This document shows positions 7,231 to 17,491 of a stretch of 64,000 bases of DNA, piece by piece. Within the stretch, counting starts at the first letter, position 1. Every line of letters starts with the position of its first letter. The stretch spans positions 3,760 to 67,759 of the forward strand of contig SXYT01000076.1 of the NCBI GenBank assembly GCA_005788205.1, written 5' to 3'. The notes beneath the pieces are model-generated. The model worked only from the letters and a program-made list of their open reading frames with translations. It had not been told where the DNA came from and ran no database searches. The translations under genes and the position numbers were made by a program. The stretch is from Actinomycetota bacterium. Its GTDB lineage: Bacteria; Actinomycetota; Acidimicrobiia; Acidimicrobiales; Ilumatobacteraceae.

Positions 7231-8285
7231 TTGCGGTCCTGATCGGCGGTGCCGTGTCGATGTTCCTCTCGCTGTTCGGGACGAGGTGGATGATCGGGTT
7301 CTTCGCGTCCCTCGGGATGGGCCAGCCCATACTCGGTTCGGAGGACCACGGCCCCGTGCACCACATGAAGAAGCAGGGGACCGCGACCATGGGGGGGATC
7401 GCGATCCTTCTGTCCGCGTTCGTCGGGTGGCTCGTCGCCCACCTGCGGGACGGGATCGCGCTCTCGGACCAGGCGATGATCATGTGGGCCGCGGTGCTCG
7501 TGCTCGGGTTCATGGGTTTTCTCGACGACTTCCTGAAGGTGCGCAAGGCGCACAACAGGGGAATCCTCTGGAAGAAGAAGGGCTACATCACCTTCGGTCT
7601 CGTCGTGGTCCTCATGACGTGGCTGCTTCTCGGCACCGGCGTCAGCGAGACGCTCTCCTTCACGCGCTTCGATCTGCCGGGATGGGATCTCTCTGCGCCG
7701 CTGTGGGTCATCTGGACCTCGGTGATGGTGTGGTCCACCACGAACGCCGTCAATGTGACGGACGGTCTCGACGGCCTGGCCGCCGGGTCGGCCCTGTTCG
7801 GCTTTCTCGCCTTCACCGTCATCGCATACTGGGCGTTCAGGAATCCGGACGTCTACCGCCTGGTGAACCCGCTCGACCTCGCGGTCTTCTCTGCCGCGAT
7901 GGCCGGTGCCTGCGGGGGCTTCCTGTGGTGGAACGCCGCACCGGCACGGATCTTCATGGGCGATGTCGGCGCCCTCGGCATCGGGGGAGCGCTCGGGCTC
8001 CTCGCGGTCACGACCAACACCCACATGCTGCTGCCCCTCATCTGCGCCCTGAACGTGATGGAGGCAGGGAGCGTGGCGCTGCAGATGGGCGTCTTCAAGG
8101 CGTCAGGCCGCACGCGCCGCCTCTTTCGCATGTCGCCGGTCCACCACCACTTCGAGCTCCTCGGTTGGCCGGAGACCACGGTCATCATCCGCTTCTGGAT
8201 CATCTCGGGTCTCTGTGTGGCCGCGGCTCTCGCGATCTTCATCGCCGACTTCACCTCGATCGCGGACAGCCTCGGGGGTCGTTGA
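7227..8285 (+). CDS. mraY: Phospho-N-acetylmuramoyl-pentapeptide transferase MraY
   Basis: 352-aa polytopic membrane protein. Motifs: GFLDDFLKV, NAVNVTDGLDGLA, FMGDVGALGIGGALG and PVHHHFEL. The GTG start overlaps the murE stop (GTGA) and GAAGGAG lies upstream. Confidence 0.95.
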   Translation: MIAVLIGGAVSMFLSLFGTRWMIGFFASLGMGQPILGSEDHGPVHHMKKQGTATMGGIAILLSAFVGWLVAHLRDGIALSDQAMIMWAAVLVLGFMGFLDDFLKVRKAHNRGILWKKKGYITFGLVVVLMTWLLLGTGVSETLSFTRFDLPGWDLSAPLWVIWTSVMVWSTTNAVNVTDGLDGLAAGSALFGFLAFTVIAYWAFRNPDVYRLVNPLDLAVFSAAMAGACGGFLWWNAAPARIFMGDVGALGIGGALGLLAVTTNTHMLLPLICALNVMEAGSVALQMGVFKASGRTRRLFRMSPVHHHFELLGWPETTVIIRFWIISGLCVAAALAIFIADFTSIADSLGGR

Positions 8286-9631
8286 TGCCTGTCGCTGCGG
8301 TGTTCGGCCTGGCTGTCACGGGCAGGGCGGTGGTAGAGGCGTTCCGCCGCCGCGGTTTCGACGTCGTCGCTGCCGACGACGTCCCCGTGCCCGGGCACGC
8401 CGCCTTCGCATCTGCTTACGGCGCCCGTCTCGTCGATGTCGCGACGGACGACGGGCTGGACGGGTTCCTCGACGGGGCCGACGTGCTCGTCCCGGCGCCC
8501 GGCGTCCCGCCCCGCAGCCGGGTCATCGCCCGTGCCCTCGCTGCAGGGGTGCCGGTCCGGTCGGAGATCGACATCGCGCACGACTGGGAGCAGGCGCGCC
8601 CCGGCGGCGCACGACCCGTTCTCGGCGTCACCGGCACGGACGGCAAGACGACCACGACGATGATCACGGCCGCACTGCTGCGCGGCGCCGGCCTGCGCGC
8701 CGAGGAGGTCGGCAACACGGACATCCCCTTCATGGCGGCAGTGGACGACCCAGACATCGATGCGTTCGTGGTGGAGTGCTCGAGTTTCCGCCTGCAGTTC
8801 ACGGAGACCTTCCGGTGCGACGCGGCGACCTGGCTGAACCTCGCTCCCGACCATCTCGACTGGCATCCGGACCTCGGTCACTACGCCGCGGCGAAGGAGC
8901 GCATCTGGGCCCACGTCCGTCCCGGTGATGTCGCCGTGGTGCCGCACGGGAACGAGACGATCTCGGGGGCCGCCGCGCGTTCCGGTGCACGCCCTGTCAC
9001 CTTCGGGCTCGGCTCGGGTGACTACCGGGTGGAGGCGGGCAGTCTCGTCGGCCCGCGCGGTGCACTGTGCAGCGTCTCGGCCATGTGGCGCACGATGCCC
9101 CATGACCTCACGAACTCGCTCGCGGCCGCTGCACTGGTGCTCGAGACCGGGTTGGTCCCCCCGTCGACTGTCGAGGCGTCCCTCGCCGGTTTCGCGCCGG
9201 CCCACCACCGGATCGAATTGGTCGGGACTTTCGCAGGCTCGAGATGGTTCGACGACTCGAAGGCGACCAGCCCCCATGCCGCTCTCACGGCCATACGGGC
9301 CTTCCCCCGGCTTGTTCTCATCGCGGGGGGCCGCAACAAGGGGCTGGACCTCTCCGAAATGGCGTGCGAACCCTCGCGGATGCATGCCGTCGTCGCCATC
9401 GGGGACGATGCGGACCTCATTGAGCAGGCATTCCGCGGCACCTGCGAGGTCCGCCGGGCAGGCTCGATGCGCGACGCAGTGGCCGCCGCCGCGGACCTCG
9501 CTGAGCCGGGTGTGGACGTGGTGCTCTCGCCGGGATGCACCAGTTTCGACTGGTACAGGAACTACAACGAACGGGGGAACGACTACCAGGAGTCGGTCCG
9601 CCGGCACTTCGGGGAGGAGGCGACACGATGA
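8285..9631 (+). CDS. murD: UDP-N-acetylmuramoylalanine--D-glutamate ligase MurD
   Basis: The ATG at 8285 overlaps the mraY stop. Motifs: GVTGTDGKTTTT, VECSSFRL and NLAPDHLDWH, a MurD-type pattern. Confidence 0.92.
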   Translation: MPVAAVFGLAVTGRAVVEAFRRRGFDVVAADDVPVPGHAAFASAYGARLVDVATDDGLDGFLDGADVLVPAPGVPPRSRVIARALAAGVPVRSEIDIAHDWEQARPGGARPVLGVTGTDGKTTTTMITAALLRGAGLRAEEVGNTDIPFMAAVDDPDIDAFVVECSSFRLQFTETFRCDAATWLNLAPDHLDWHPDLGHYAAAKERIWAHVRPGDVAVVPHGNETISGAAARSGARPVTFGLGSGDYRVEAGSLVGPRGALCSVSAMWRTMPHDLTNSLAAAALVLETGLVPPSTVEASLAGFAPAHHRIELVGTFAGSRWFDDSKATSPHAALTAIRAFPRLVLIAGGRNKGLDLSEMACEPSRMHAVVAIGDDADLIEQAFRGTCEVRRAGSMRDAVAAAADLAEPGVDVVLSPGCTSFDWYRNYNERGNDYQESVRRHFGEEATR

Positions 9632-10821
9632 GCACGACTGACCCGCGCCCGAGGGCGCCGTCCATCGCCGACCGTCGCCGGGACATGCTCCACAGGCTCG
9701 GTCTCGACGAGAAGCACAAGATGGCACTCAAGTCGCCGACCACCGCGTTCTACGGGATCCTCGTCATCGTCGCTCTCTTCACCGCGCTCGGCCTGATCAT
9801 GGTCTTCTCGTCGTCGTCGGTCACCAGTCTCCACTCGGGTGAGTCCGCATGGAGGCTGTTCCGGCGCCAGACGATGTGGGCGCTCGTCGGCCTCGGGTCG
9901 ATGTGGGGCGTGTACAAGATTCCCTACCAGAACTGGAGGCGCCCGCGGTGGCTGCTGCCGTTCGCAGGCATGGCACTCCTGCTCAATGCGGTCGTGCCGT
10001 TCGTGGGTCGTGACATCAACGGTGCACGGGCCTGGCTGCAGTGGGGATGGTTCCGTCTGCAGCCGTCGGAGTTCCTGAAGATCGCATCGATCATGTACTG
10101 CGCCCACTTCCTCACCCGCCGCCACAGGTACGTGGCCGTCAAGGAGATGGTGCTCAAGCACATGGTCATCGTCATGGGGCTGACATGCGGGCTGTGCGTC
10201 CTCCAGCGCGACTTCGGCACTGCACTCGTCTTCGCGAGCATCATCCTCGTGATGATGCTCATCATCGGGATCCCGATGCCCCAGTTCGCCGCGACGGTGG
10301 GCGTGGTCTCGCTCGCCGGGCTCGGGGTGCTCACCCAGGCCGACAACGCCAGCAAGCGACTCCTCGCGTTCTTGGACCTCGACGCGACGAAGAGCCTCGA
10401 CGGGTACCAGGTCCACCAGGCGCTCCTCAGCATCGCAAACGGCGGTCTCGGTGGCACCGGAATCGGTTCCGGCACGAGCAAGTGGGGCTACGTGCCGCTC
10501 GCGTACAGCGACTTCATCTTCGCCGTCATCGCGGAGGAACTGGGCATCGTCGGTTCGGTGCTCGTCATCGCGGGTTTCGCGGCCCTCGTGTACTTCGGGG
10601 TCCAGACCGCTCTCGGGGCACGCGACATGCACGGCGCCCTCCTCGCGGGCGGGATCTCGGCGTGGTTCGCGTTCCAGGCCATCATCAACATCGGGGGGAT
10701 CATCGGGATCATGCCGATGACGGGGCTCACCCTGCCGTTCATGTCGTACGGCGGTTCCTCTCTGATGGCGACGCTCGTGGCGTCCGGGCTTCTCCTCAAT
10801 GTCGCCCGGCACGTCAAGTAG
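9628..10821 (+). CDS. ftsW: Peptidoglycan glycosyltransferase FtsW (SEDS family)
   Basis: The ATG at 9628 is preceded by GGAGGAGG and overlaps the murD stop. Polytopic protein with SEDS motifs: RLQPSEFLKI, SDFIFAVIAEELG and LPFMSYGGSS. Confidence 0.92.
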   Translation: MSTTDPRPRAPSIADRRRDMLHRLGLDEKHKMALKSPTTAFYGILVIVALFTALGLIMVFSSSSVTSLHSGESAWRLFRRQTMWALVGLGSMWGVYKIPYQNWRRPRWLLPFAGMALLLNAVVPFVGRDINGARAWLQWGWFRLQPSEFLKIASIMYCAHFLTRRHRYVAVKEMVLKHMVIVMGLTCGLCVLQRDFGTALVFASIILVMMLIIGIPMPQFAATVGVVSLAGLGVLTQADNASKRLLAFLDLDATKSLDGYQVHQALLSIANGGLGGTGIGSGTSKWGYVPLAYSDFIFAVIAEELGIVGSVLVIAGFAALVYFGVQTALGARDMHGALLAGGISAWFAFQAIINIGGIIGIMPMTGLTLPFMSYGGSSLMATLVASGLLLNVARHVK

Positions 10822-10824
10822 GCC

Positions 10825-11940
10825 GTGATGGTCTTTGCGGTCGTCACGGGCGGCGGCACGAGCGGTCATGTGGTGCCGGCACTGGCGGTGATGGAGGCTC
10901 TCGTTGATGCGGGCCACCGCCCCGACGAGATCGCGTATGCGGGCAGCCGCAGGGGAATGGAGTCCTCGATGGTCCCCCAGACCGGCGTGCAGTGCGCGTT
11001 CCTCCCCGTGTCGGGTCTGCAGCGCTCCCTCTCCCTGCGGTCGGTGCTCGCGAACATCGCGTTCCCGTTCCGCCTGGCTGTCTCGAGGGTCATGGCCCGC
11101 AGGCTGGTCCGTGAATGGTCGCCGCGTGTCGTCGTGTCGGTCGGGGGCTACGCGAGCGAGCCGCTGGCGCGTGCGGCTGTTGCGGCAGGGATCCCGCTCG
11201 TGTGCGTGAGCTACGACATGGTGCCCGGGCTCGCGACACGCCGGCAGTCGAGGAGGGCCTTCGCGTGTGCCGTCGCGTTCGAGGGCTCGAGCCTGCCGCG
11301 CGCCGTCATCACCGGTGCCCCCGTGCGCAGGTCCGTGCGCACAATGGATCCGGTGGCCTGCCGCGCGCAGACCCGTGCGGAACGGGGGATCGACGACGGT
11401 TGCATGCTCGTCACCGTCGTCGGGGGTTCCCTCGGGTCAGCGGCGCTCAACGCATGCGTGCCCCCGCTCGCCGCCGCACTGGCCGCGGCGGGCGTCCGCG
11501 CCCGCATTGTGAACGTGACCGGGCGCCGGTATTCGCACGGCACGGAGGTGCCCGGTGCTGTCGGGACGGTCACGGTGGAGACGGTCGCATACGAGGACGA
11601 CATGCCCTCGTTGCTCGCGGCGACCGACGTCCTAGTGAGCCGCGCGGGTGCGAGCACCGTTGCAGAGGCCGCCGCGATCGGTGTCGCGGCCGTGTTCGTG
11701 CCCTGGCCCGGCGCCGCCAACGACGAACAGACACGCAACGCCGGTTGGCTGTCGGCGCAGGGCGCCGCGACGACGGTGCGCGAGGGGACCGACCTGCCCC
11801 GGTCCCTCTCCGCAGAGGTCGTGCGCCTCTGCCTGGATGCTGACGCACGCCATGAAATGGTCACCAGGGCACGGGCGGCGGGAGTGGCGAACCGCGGGAC
11901 CGGCCTCGTCGATCTCATCACGGACGCATCCCTCGCCTGA
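10825..11940 (+). CDS. murG: Undecaprenyldiphospho-muramoylpentapeptide beta-N-acetylglucosaminyltransferase MurG
   Basis: 371 aa. N-terminal TGGGTSGHVVPALAV and C-terminal SRAGASTVAEAAAIGVAAVFVPWP...DEQTRNA motifs. Confidence 0.92.
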   Translation: MMVFAVVTGGGTSGHVVPALAVMEALVDAGHRPDEIAYAGSRRGMESSMVPQTGVQCAFLPVSGLQRSLSLRSVLANIAFPFRLAVSRVMARRLVREWSPRVVVSVGGYASEPLARAAVAAGIPLVCVSYDMVPGLATRRQSRRAFACAVAFEGSSLPRAVITGAPVRRSVRTMDPVACRAQTRAERGIDDGCMLVTVVGGSLGSAALNACVPPLAAALAAAGVRARIVNVTGRRYSHGTEVPGAVGTVTVETVAYEDDMPSLLAATDVLVSRAGASTVAEAAAIGVAAVFVPWPGAANDEQTRNAGWLSAQGAATTVREGTDLPRSLSAEVVRLCLDADARHEMVTRARAAGVANRGTGLVDLITDASLA

Positions 11941-11966
11941 GCGCGGGGTGGAACAATGGGTGGTTC

Positions 11967-13361
11967 ATGACCACGCCAGACCCCCGCAGCTCCGCAGTGG
12001 ACCTCTCGGTCCCGCGGCGATTCCACATCGTCGGGACAGGCGGGCCCGGGATGAGCGCGGTTGCGGTGCTCCTCGCCCGGATGGGTCACACGGTCTCTGG
12101 TTCGGACCTCCATGAGTCCGCTGGAACCGCAACAGCCCGCCGGTACGGGGTGGACGTGCACATCGGGCACGCAGAATCGAATGTGGACGGCGTCGACTGG
12201 GTCGTCCATTCGACAGCAGTGCCCCAGACCAACATCGAACTGGTCGCGGCGCGGGCTGCAGGCACGCCTGTCGTGCACAGGGCCGCCGCACTGGCTGCGA
12301 TCACCGCACGGCACAGGTCGGTGGGGGTGGCGGGCACCCACGGCAAGACCACGACGTCATCCCTGCTGACCGCGATGCTGCGCGGCGCGGGCCGTGACCC
12401 GTCGTTCGTGATCGGGGCCGAGGTGCTCGGGCTCGGCACCGGGGCTGACCTGGGCTCTGACGGCACCCTCGTGGTCGAGGCAGACGAGAGCGACGGCACG
12501 GCCCGGTCACTCGTCCTCGAGTCGATGCTCCTCACCAACGTCGACATCGACCATCTCGACCGTTTCGGCACCGTCGAGCGCATCGAGGACGAGTTCGTGG
12601 AGATCGCGTCGCGCCTCGGGGGCACCCTCGTGGTGTGCGGTGACGACCCTCGGGCGGCCTCCGTCGCGCAGCGGTGCGGCCCCGTGCGCACAATCACGTA
12701 CGGCTTCGGGGCCGGCAACGACGTCACACTCTCCGAGCCGGTGACGGGCACTGGGGGCATCGCGTTCGCTGTCGCGTCACCGGACGGAAAGGCCGATGTC
12801 GACCTGCCGTTGCTCGGTCGCCACAATGCGCTCAACTGCGCGGGAGCGATGGCGATGGCCTCGGTCCTCGGTGTCCCGCTCGGTGCGTCTGCGGCCGCCG
12901 TCGCGACCTTCGCGGGCGTCGACCGCAGGTTCGCGGCACGGGGCACCGCCCGTGGTGCGCTGCTCATCGATGACTACGCACACCTCCCCGCCGAGATCGA
13001 CGCGACGCTCCGCGCGGCGCGCACGCACCCCGGCCTCCGTGGTCGGCTCGTCGCGGTGTTCCAGCCGAACAGGTACCACCGCATCGCAACGATGGCCGGT
13101 GACTACGCGGGTTGCTTCGCCGCCGCGGATGAGGTCTTCATCACGGATGTGTACGCATCCGGCACCGAGCGCATCGAGGGAGTCAGCGGGCTCCTCGTGG
13201 TCGATGCGGTGCGCACCAGCCACGGCAGTGTCGTGTGGGCGCAGTCGCGCGGGGAACTCGTCGAGCAGGTGATCCGCGTCCTCGGACCCGGGGACATCTG
13301 CGTGAGCATGGGGTGCGGCGACATTTCGGGGTTCCCCGACGAACTGCAGGATTCCGCATGA
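11967..13361 (+). CDS. murC: UDP-N-acetylmuramate--L-alanine ligase MurC
   Basis: 464 aa. Motifs: FHIVGTGGPGMSAVA, GVAGTHGKTTTSS and DDYAHLPAEI. Confidence 0.93.
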   Translation: MTTPDPRSSAVDLSVPRRFHIVGTGGPGMSAVAVLLARMGHTVSGSDLHESAGTATARRYGVDVHIGHAESNVDGVDWVVHSTAVPQTNIELVAARAAGTPVVHRAAALAAITARHRSVGVAGTHGKTTTSSLLTAMLRGAGRDPSFVIGAEVLGLGTGADLGSDGTLVVEADESDGTARSLVLESMLLTNVDIDHLDRFGTVERIEDEFVEIASRLGGTLVVCGDDPRAASVAQRCGPVRTITYGFGAGNDVTLSEPVTGTGGIAFAVASPDGKADVDLPLLGRHNALNCAGAMAMASVLGVPLGASAAAVATFAGVDRRFAARGTARGALLIDDYAHLPAEIDATLRAARTHPGLRGRLVAVFQPNRYHRIATMAGDYAGCFAAADEVFITDVYASGTERIEGVSGLLVVDAVRTSHGSVVWAQSRGELVEQVIRVLGPGDICVSMGCGDISGFPDELQDSA

Positions 13362-14401
13362 GCCCGTCCAGCCGCCGGACGGACACGGAGGGAATCGCTG
13401 CCGCGCTCCGCGCAGCGGGTCTCTCCGTCGGGGTTGATGCACCATTCGGTGCGCTCACCACCTACGGGGTCGGGGGGAGCGCGGCACTGGTGGTCGAGAC
13501 CGCCGGCCAGGACGATGCCGTGGCGGTCGGGCGGGTCATCTCGGCGCACCCCGGCACGGAGGTGTGCGTCATCGGCAACGGCAGCAACACCCTCGTGGCC
13601 GACAGCGGCTTTGACGGTGTCGTGGTGCGCACGAGACCGCCCAAAGACCCTGCGGCGTTCGCAGTCGAGATTGTCGACGGCACGGTGTCCGTGGGGGCAT
13701 GGATGCCGCTTCCCGTCCTCGCGCGCCGGTCGGTCGCCGCAGGTGCCCACGGCCTCGAGTGGGCTGTGGGCGTGCCGGGCACTGTCGGAGGGGCAGTGAG
13801 GATGAACGCGGGCGGACATGGCGCCGAGATGGTCGACTCGCTCGTCACGGTGCGCTTGGTCAGTCTGGCGACGGGTGCGTGCGCAGAGGCATCCGCATTG
13901 GATCTTGCCCTGCACTTCCGTGGCTCGGCACTCGGCCCCTCCCATCTGGTGACCGAGGCGACGTTCGCGGTGTCACCGCCGGGGGACCATGATGGCGAGG
14001 CTGACCTCGCAGCGATCGTGGCATGGCGCCGCGAGCACCAACCCGGCGGCCGCAACGCGGGGTCGGTGTTCGTGAACCCGTCACCCGGACAGGGCAGCGC
14101 CGGCGCGCTCATCGACGCGGCCGGCCTGCGGGGGCTCACTGTCGGAGACGCGACGGTCTCGCAGAAGCACGCGAACTTCATCCAGACCGGGCCCGTCGCC
14201 ACCGCCGCAGATGTGGTCGGCCTGATGGAGTCTGTGCAGGACACGGTGCGCGAGCGCACCGGCATCGTGCTGCGCAGCGAGGTGCGGATGGTCGGGTTCG
14301 GCGCCGCCGTCACGGCGCGCTTCGCAGGAGAGTCGCACACTGATCCCGCCGTGGAGGCTGCGCGGCGGGGTCTTGCTCGCATGCTCGGGGAACCGTCATG
14401 A
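13358..14401 (+). CDS. murB: UDP-N-acetylenolpyruvoylglucosamine reductase MurB
   Basis: The ATG at 13358 overlaps the murC stop (ATGA). FAD-binding TTYGVGGSA...GNGSNTLV, GVPGTVGGAVRMNAGGHG, and the catalytic region NAGSVFVNP. Confidence 0.9.
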   Translation: MSPSSRRTDTEGIAAALRAAGLSVGVDAPFGALTTYGVGGSAALVVETAGQDDAVAVGRVISAHPGTEVCVIGNGSNTLVADSGFDGVVVRTRPPKDPAAFAVEIVDGTVSVGAWMPLPVLARRSVAAGAHGLEWAVGVPGTVGGAVRMNAGGHGAEMVDSLVTVRLVSLATGACAEASALDLALHFRGSALGPSHLVTEATFAVSPPGDHDGEADLAAIVAWRREHQPGGRNAGSVFVNPSPGQGSAGALIDAAGLRGLTVGDATVSQKHANFIQTGPVATAADVVGLMESVQDTVRERTGIVLRSEVRMVGFGAAVTARFAGESHTDPAVEAARRGLARMLGEPS

Positions 14402-15564
14402 GCCGCGACGACACACGGGGCGGCGCACCCGGCATGCCGGGGCCGGAGGACGTCGTGGAGGTGTCCACTGAGGTGCTGGACGAACTCGGGCGGTTGTTCG
14501 GTGCCGCAACGGACGGGACCGCGGACGCCGGCGCGCCGGCCGGTGCGGGGGCCGTCGATGACGACCCGGCCAAGTCCGCCCGGGAGTCCGGGACAGCAGA
14601 TCCAGGCACGACCGCGCCGACGGATGCTGTCATCGTCATTGATGACGTGGACCCCGGGAGTGACACTGATGACCCCGCCCACGGTGGCGGTGTCGCACCG
14701 GTGGACGACCCACCGGTCGCCACGGTGATTCCGCTCGCTGGGTCTGTGCCGGCGTCACTCGGGGACCCGCTCGTCATCATCGAGGACGAGCCCGATGTCG
14801 TCGACCCCCGCACGGATGTCGACCCACGGTTCGAGGAGCGAAGACGGGTCTGGGCCCGCCGAGACAGGCTCCGCCGTGTCCGTTGGGTGAAGATCGCGGG
14901 GCTTCTCGTGGGCCTCGTCGTCGTCGTGAGCGTCATCCTTGCCTCTCCGCTCTTTGCCATCCGGACCTTCACGGTGGAGGGCACCGTCTACACGTCCGAC
15001 GAGTCCGTCGACGAGGTGCGCAGGATCCTGAAGGGAACATCCGTCTTCACGGCCGACACGGCGCGCGCCAGGGCCGTGCTGCTGCGGGACCCGTGGGTCG
15101 ACGGTGTGCGCATCACGACGCACTTCCCCTCGAAGGTCGTCGTCGAGGTGAGCGAGCGCAAGCCCGTCGTCTGGTACGTGGGGACGGACAACAAGGCACG
15201 CATCGTGGACGCCCGCGGGTCGGTCATCGACGTCCTCACCGGGTTCCCCACGAAGTACCTGCAGGTGAAGGGAACCGGGGCAGCCGTCGACGCCGGGAGC
15301 ACAGCCGACGATGCGTACCGGGCGGCGGCACAACTCGTGCTCGCCCTGCCCGACGAGATCAGACCGAGGGTCACGGCTCTTGACCTCAGTCCGGCAGGGG
15401 AGCTGTCGATGGTGCTCAAGGGTGACACCCTCGTGCGGTTCGGGACCCCGGTCGACCTGCAGAACAAGCTCGTCGCCGTCGTGGTCCTGCTGCGCCGCCA
15501 GGACCCGAAGACCATCGCGGTGATCGATGTGTCGGCGGGTGATCCCACGGTTCTCGGCCGTTGA
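14398..15564 (+). CDS. ftsQ: Cell division protein FtsQ (POTRA domain) with a long acidic/Pro-rich cytoplasmic N-terminus
   Basis: 388 aa. It has a TM helix (IAGLLVGLVVVVSVILA) followed by a POTRA-like segment (FAIRTFTVEGTVYTS...PWVDGVRITTHFPSKVVVEVSERKPV). It sits directly upstream of ftsZ. Confidence 0.8.
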   Translation: MSRDDTRGGAPGMPGPEDVVEVSTEVLDELGRLFGAATDGTADAGAPAGAGAVDDDPAKSARESGTADPGTTAPTDAVIVIDDVDPGSDTDDPAHGGGVAPVDDPPVATVIPLAGSVPASLGDPLVIIEDEPDVVDPRTDVDPRFEERRRVWARRDRLRRVRWVKIAGLLVGLVVVVSVILASPLFAIRTFTVEGTVYTSDESVDEVRRILKGTSVFTADTARARAVLLRDPWVDGVRITTHFPSKVVVEVSERKPVVWYVGTDNKARIVDARGSVIDVLTGFPTKYLQVKGTGAAVDAGSTADDAYRAAAQLVLALPDEIRPRVTALDLSPAGELSMVLKGDTLVRFGTPVDLQNKLVAVVVLLRRQDPKTIAVIDVSAGDPTVLGR

Positions 15565-15669
15565 TGCCGCCGAATCGGGCCTTCCAGGGGCGGAATTACC
15601 CCAAGAAGCACCCGTGATGTGGAAACATTGACCAACTCAGTCGCACGACTCCGAGCGGAGGTATGGCCC

Positions 15670-16767
15670 ATGGCCGGAGCACCACAAAATTATCTTGCCG
15701 TCATCAAGGTCATCGGAGTCGGTGGCGGCGGTGTCAACGGCATCAACCGGATGATCGACGCCGGCCTTCGTGGTGTGGAATTCGTCGCAGTGAACACCGA
15801 TGCCCAGGCACTCCTCATGAGCGATGCCGACGTGAAACTCGACAGCGGCCGCGAGCTCACCAGGGGTCTCGGCGCCGGGTCGGACCCCGAGGTCGGCCGT
15901 GCCGCCGCGGAGGCCCACCGTGACGAGATCGAAGAGCTCGTGCAGGGCGCCGACATGGTGTTCATCACTGCCGGCGAGGGTGGCGGCACGGGCACCGGCG
16001 CCGCGCCAGTCATTGCCGAGATCGCCAGGTCGGTGGGTGCGCTGACCATCGGTGTCGTGACCCGCCCGTTCCAGTTCGAGGGCCGTCGCCGCGCGGTGCA
16101 GGCCGACAACGGCATCCAGCGGCTCCGCGAGAAGGTGGACACGCTCATCGTCATCCCGAACGACAGGCTGCTCACGGTGACGAACGAGAAGACATCCCTG
16201 GTGAACGCGTTCAAGATTGCCGATGAGGTCTTGCTGGCCGGTGTCGCCGGTATCACGAACCTCATCACCACCCCTGGTCTCATCAACACCGACTTCGCGG
16301 ACGTGAAGATGATCCTGTCCAACGCAGGTTCCGCCCTCATGGGCACCGGACAGGCCTCCGGCGACAACCGGGCCGTCACCGCGGCCAAGGCTGCGATCTC
16401 GAGCCCCATGCTCGAGGCCGCGATCGACGGTGCCCGTGGCGTGCTGCTCAACATCACCGGGCCCTCCAGCATGGGTCTGTACGAGGTCAACGCAGCCGCG
16501 GAGATCGTCCACGGCGTCGCCCACCAGGACGCGAACATCATCTTCGGCACCGTCATCAACGACGAACTGGGAGACGAAATCCAGGTCACGGTCATCGCAG
16601 CCGGGTTCGACCGTTGGGACGGGGGTCCCACGAACAATTCGTTCGCCGGCACGCGCCCGGCGCGCCCCGCGGACCCGCGCCCCGCGGCTGCATCGTCTGT
16701 GCTCGACCGCGACCCGTTCGATGACGACGATGATGATGACTTCGACGTCCCCTCGTTCCTGAAGTAG
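15670..16767 (+). CDS. ftsZ: Cell division GTPase FtsZ
   Basis: The ATG at 15670 has GGAGG about 10 nt upstream. Motifs: [17 protein letters not shown], the tubulin signature [17 protein letters not shown], and the C-terminal [10 protein letters not shown] peptide. Confidence 0.97.
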   Translation: MAGAPQNYLAVIKVIGVGGGGVNGINRMIDAGLRGVEFVAVNTDAQALLMSDADVKLDSGRELTRGLGAGSDPEVGRAAAEAHRDEIEELVQGADMVFITAGEGGGTGTGAAPVIAEIARSVGALTIGVVTRPFQFEGRRRAVQADNGIQRLREKVDTLIVIPNDRLLTVTNEKTSLVNAFKIADEVLLAGVAGITNLITTPGLINTDFADVKMILSNAGSALMGTGQASGDNRAVTAAKAAISSPMLEAAIDGARGVLLNITGPSSMGLYEVNAAAEIVHGVAHQDANIIFGTVINDELGDEIQVTVIAAGFDRWDGGPTNNSFAGTRPARPADPRPAAASSVLDRDPFDDDDDDDFDVPSFLK

Positions 16768-16772
16768 GGGCC

Positions 16773-17444
16773 GTGTCCGGCGCCGCCGGGGTCCCGGGGC
16801 AGGTCGCCGAGAACGTGGCCGTGGTCCGCGCCCGCATCCGTGCCGCGGGCGGCGACGGGGTGAGCCTCGTGGCGGTCACAAAGACCCATGGTCACGACGC
16901 GATAGAGCAGGCGTTCGCTGCCGGTTGTGACGCTGTCGGGGAGAACTACGTGCAGGAAATCGCCGCGAAACTCTCCGGGCACGCATCTGCGGGCCCGGTC
17001 CACATGATCGGGGCGGTCCAGACGAACAAGGTGCGCAAGATCGCCCCGCTCGTGTCCCTCTGGCAGACGGTGGACCGGCCGTCTGTCGTCGCCGAGATCG
17101 CCCGCCGCGGCGCGAACGGAGGTTGCACCGACCTGCTGCTGCAGGTGAACACGACCGCCGAGGGGACGAAGTCGGGATGCCGCGAGGACGAGATCGACGC
17201 ACTGCGGACACAGGCCGAGGCCTGCGGGCTGAGGGTGCTCGGCCTCATGACGATCGGGCCCACCGACGGGGACCCCACGCTCACCGAGGCCTCGTTCAGG
17301 CGCCTGAGGGCCCTCTGTGATGCCCAGGGGCTCGGCATCTGCTCCATGGGGATGTCCGGGGACTTCGAGATGGCGGTCTCGTGCGGCTCCACGATGGTGC
17401 GCGTCGGCACCGCGATCTTCGGGGAGCGTCCCCCGGGGCATTGA
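16773..17444 (+). CDS. yggS: YggS family pyridoxal-phosphate homeostasis protein
   Basis: 223 aa. Motifs: LVAVTKTHG (PLP lysine), IGAVQTNKV, GLMTIGP and SMGMSGDFE..V..GSTMVRVGTAIFG. Confidence 0.85.
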   Translation: MSGAAGVPGQVAENVAVVRARIRAAGGDGVSLVAVTKTHGHDAIEQAFAAGCDAVGENYVQEIAAKLSGHASAGPVHMIGAVQTNKVRKIAPLVSLWQTVDRPSVVAEIARRGANGGCTDLLLQVNTTAEGTKSGCREDEIDALRTQAEACGLRVLGLMTIGPTDGDPTLTEASFRRLRALCDAQGLGICSMGMSGDFEMAVSCGSTMVRVGTAIFGERPPGH

Positions 17445-17491
17445 CTCTGGTGTCCCACATCGTGACGCGGTGCTGGATTAGCCTTCCAGCC

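Noticed and set aside
15565-15669. Search for an ftsZ-proximal promoter in the ftsQ-ftsZ gap (TTGACC at 15628-15633)
   Set aside because: No acceptable -10 hexamer lies at 16-18 bp spacing. I could not support a promoter call from sequence alone.
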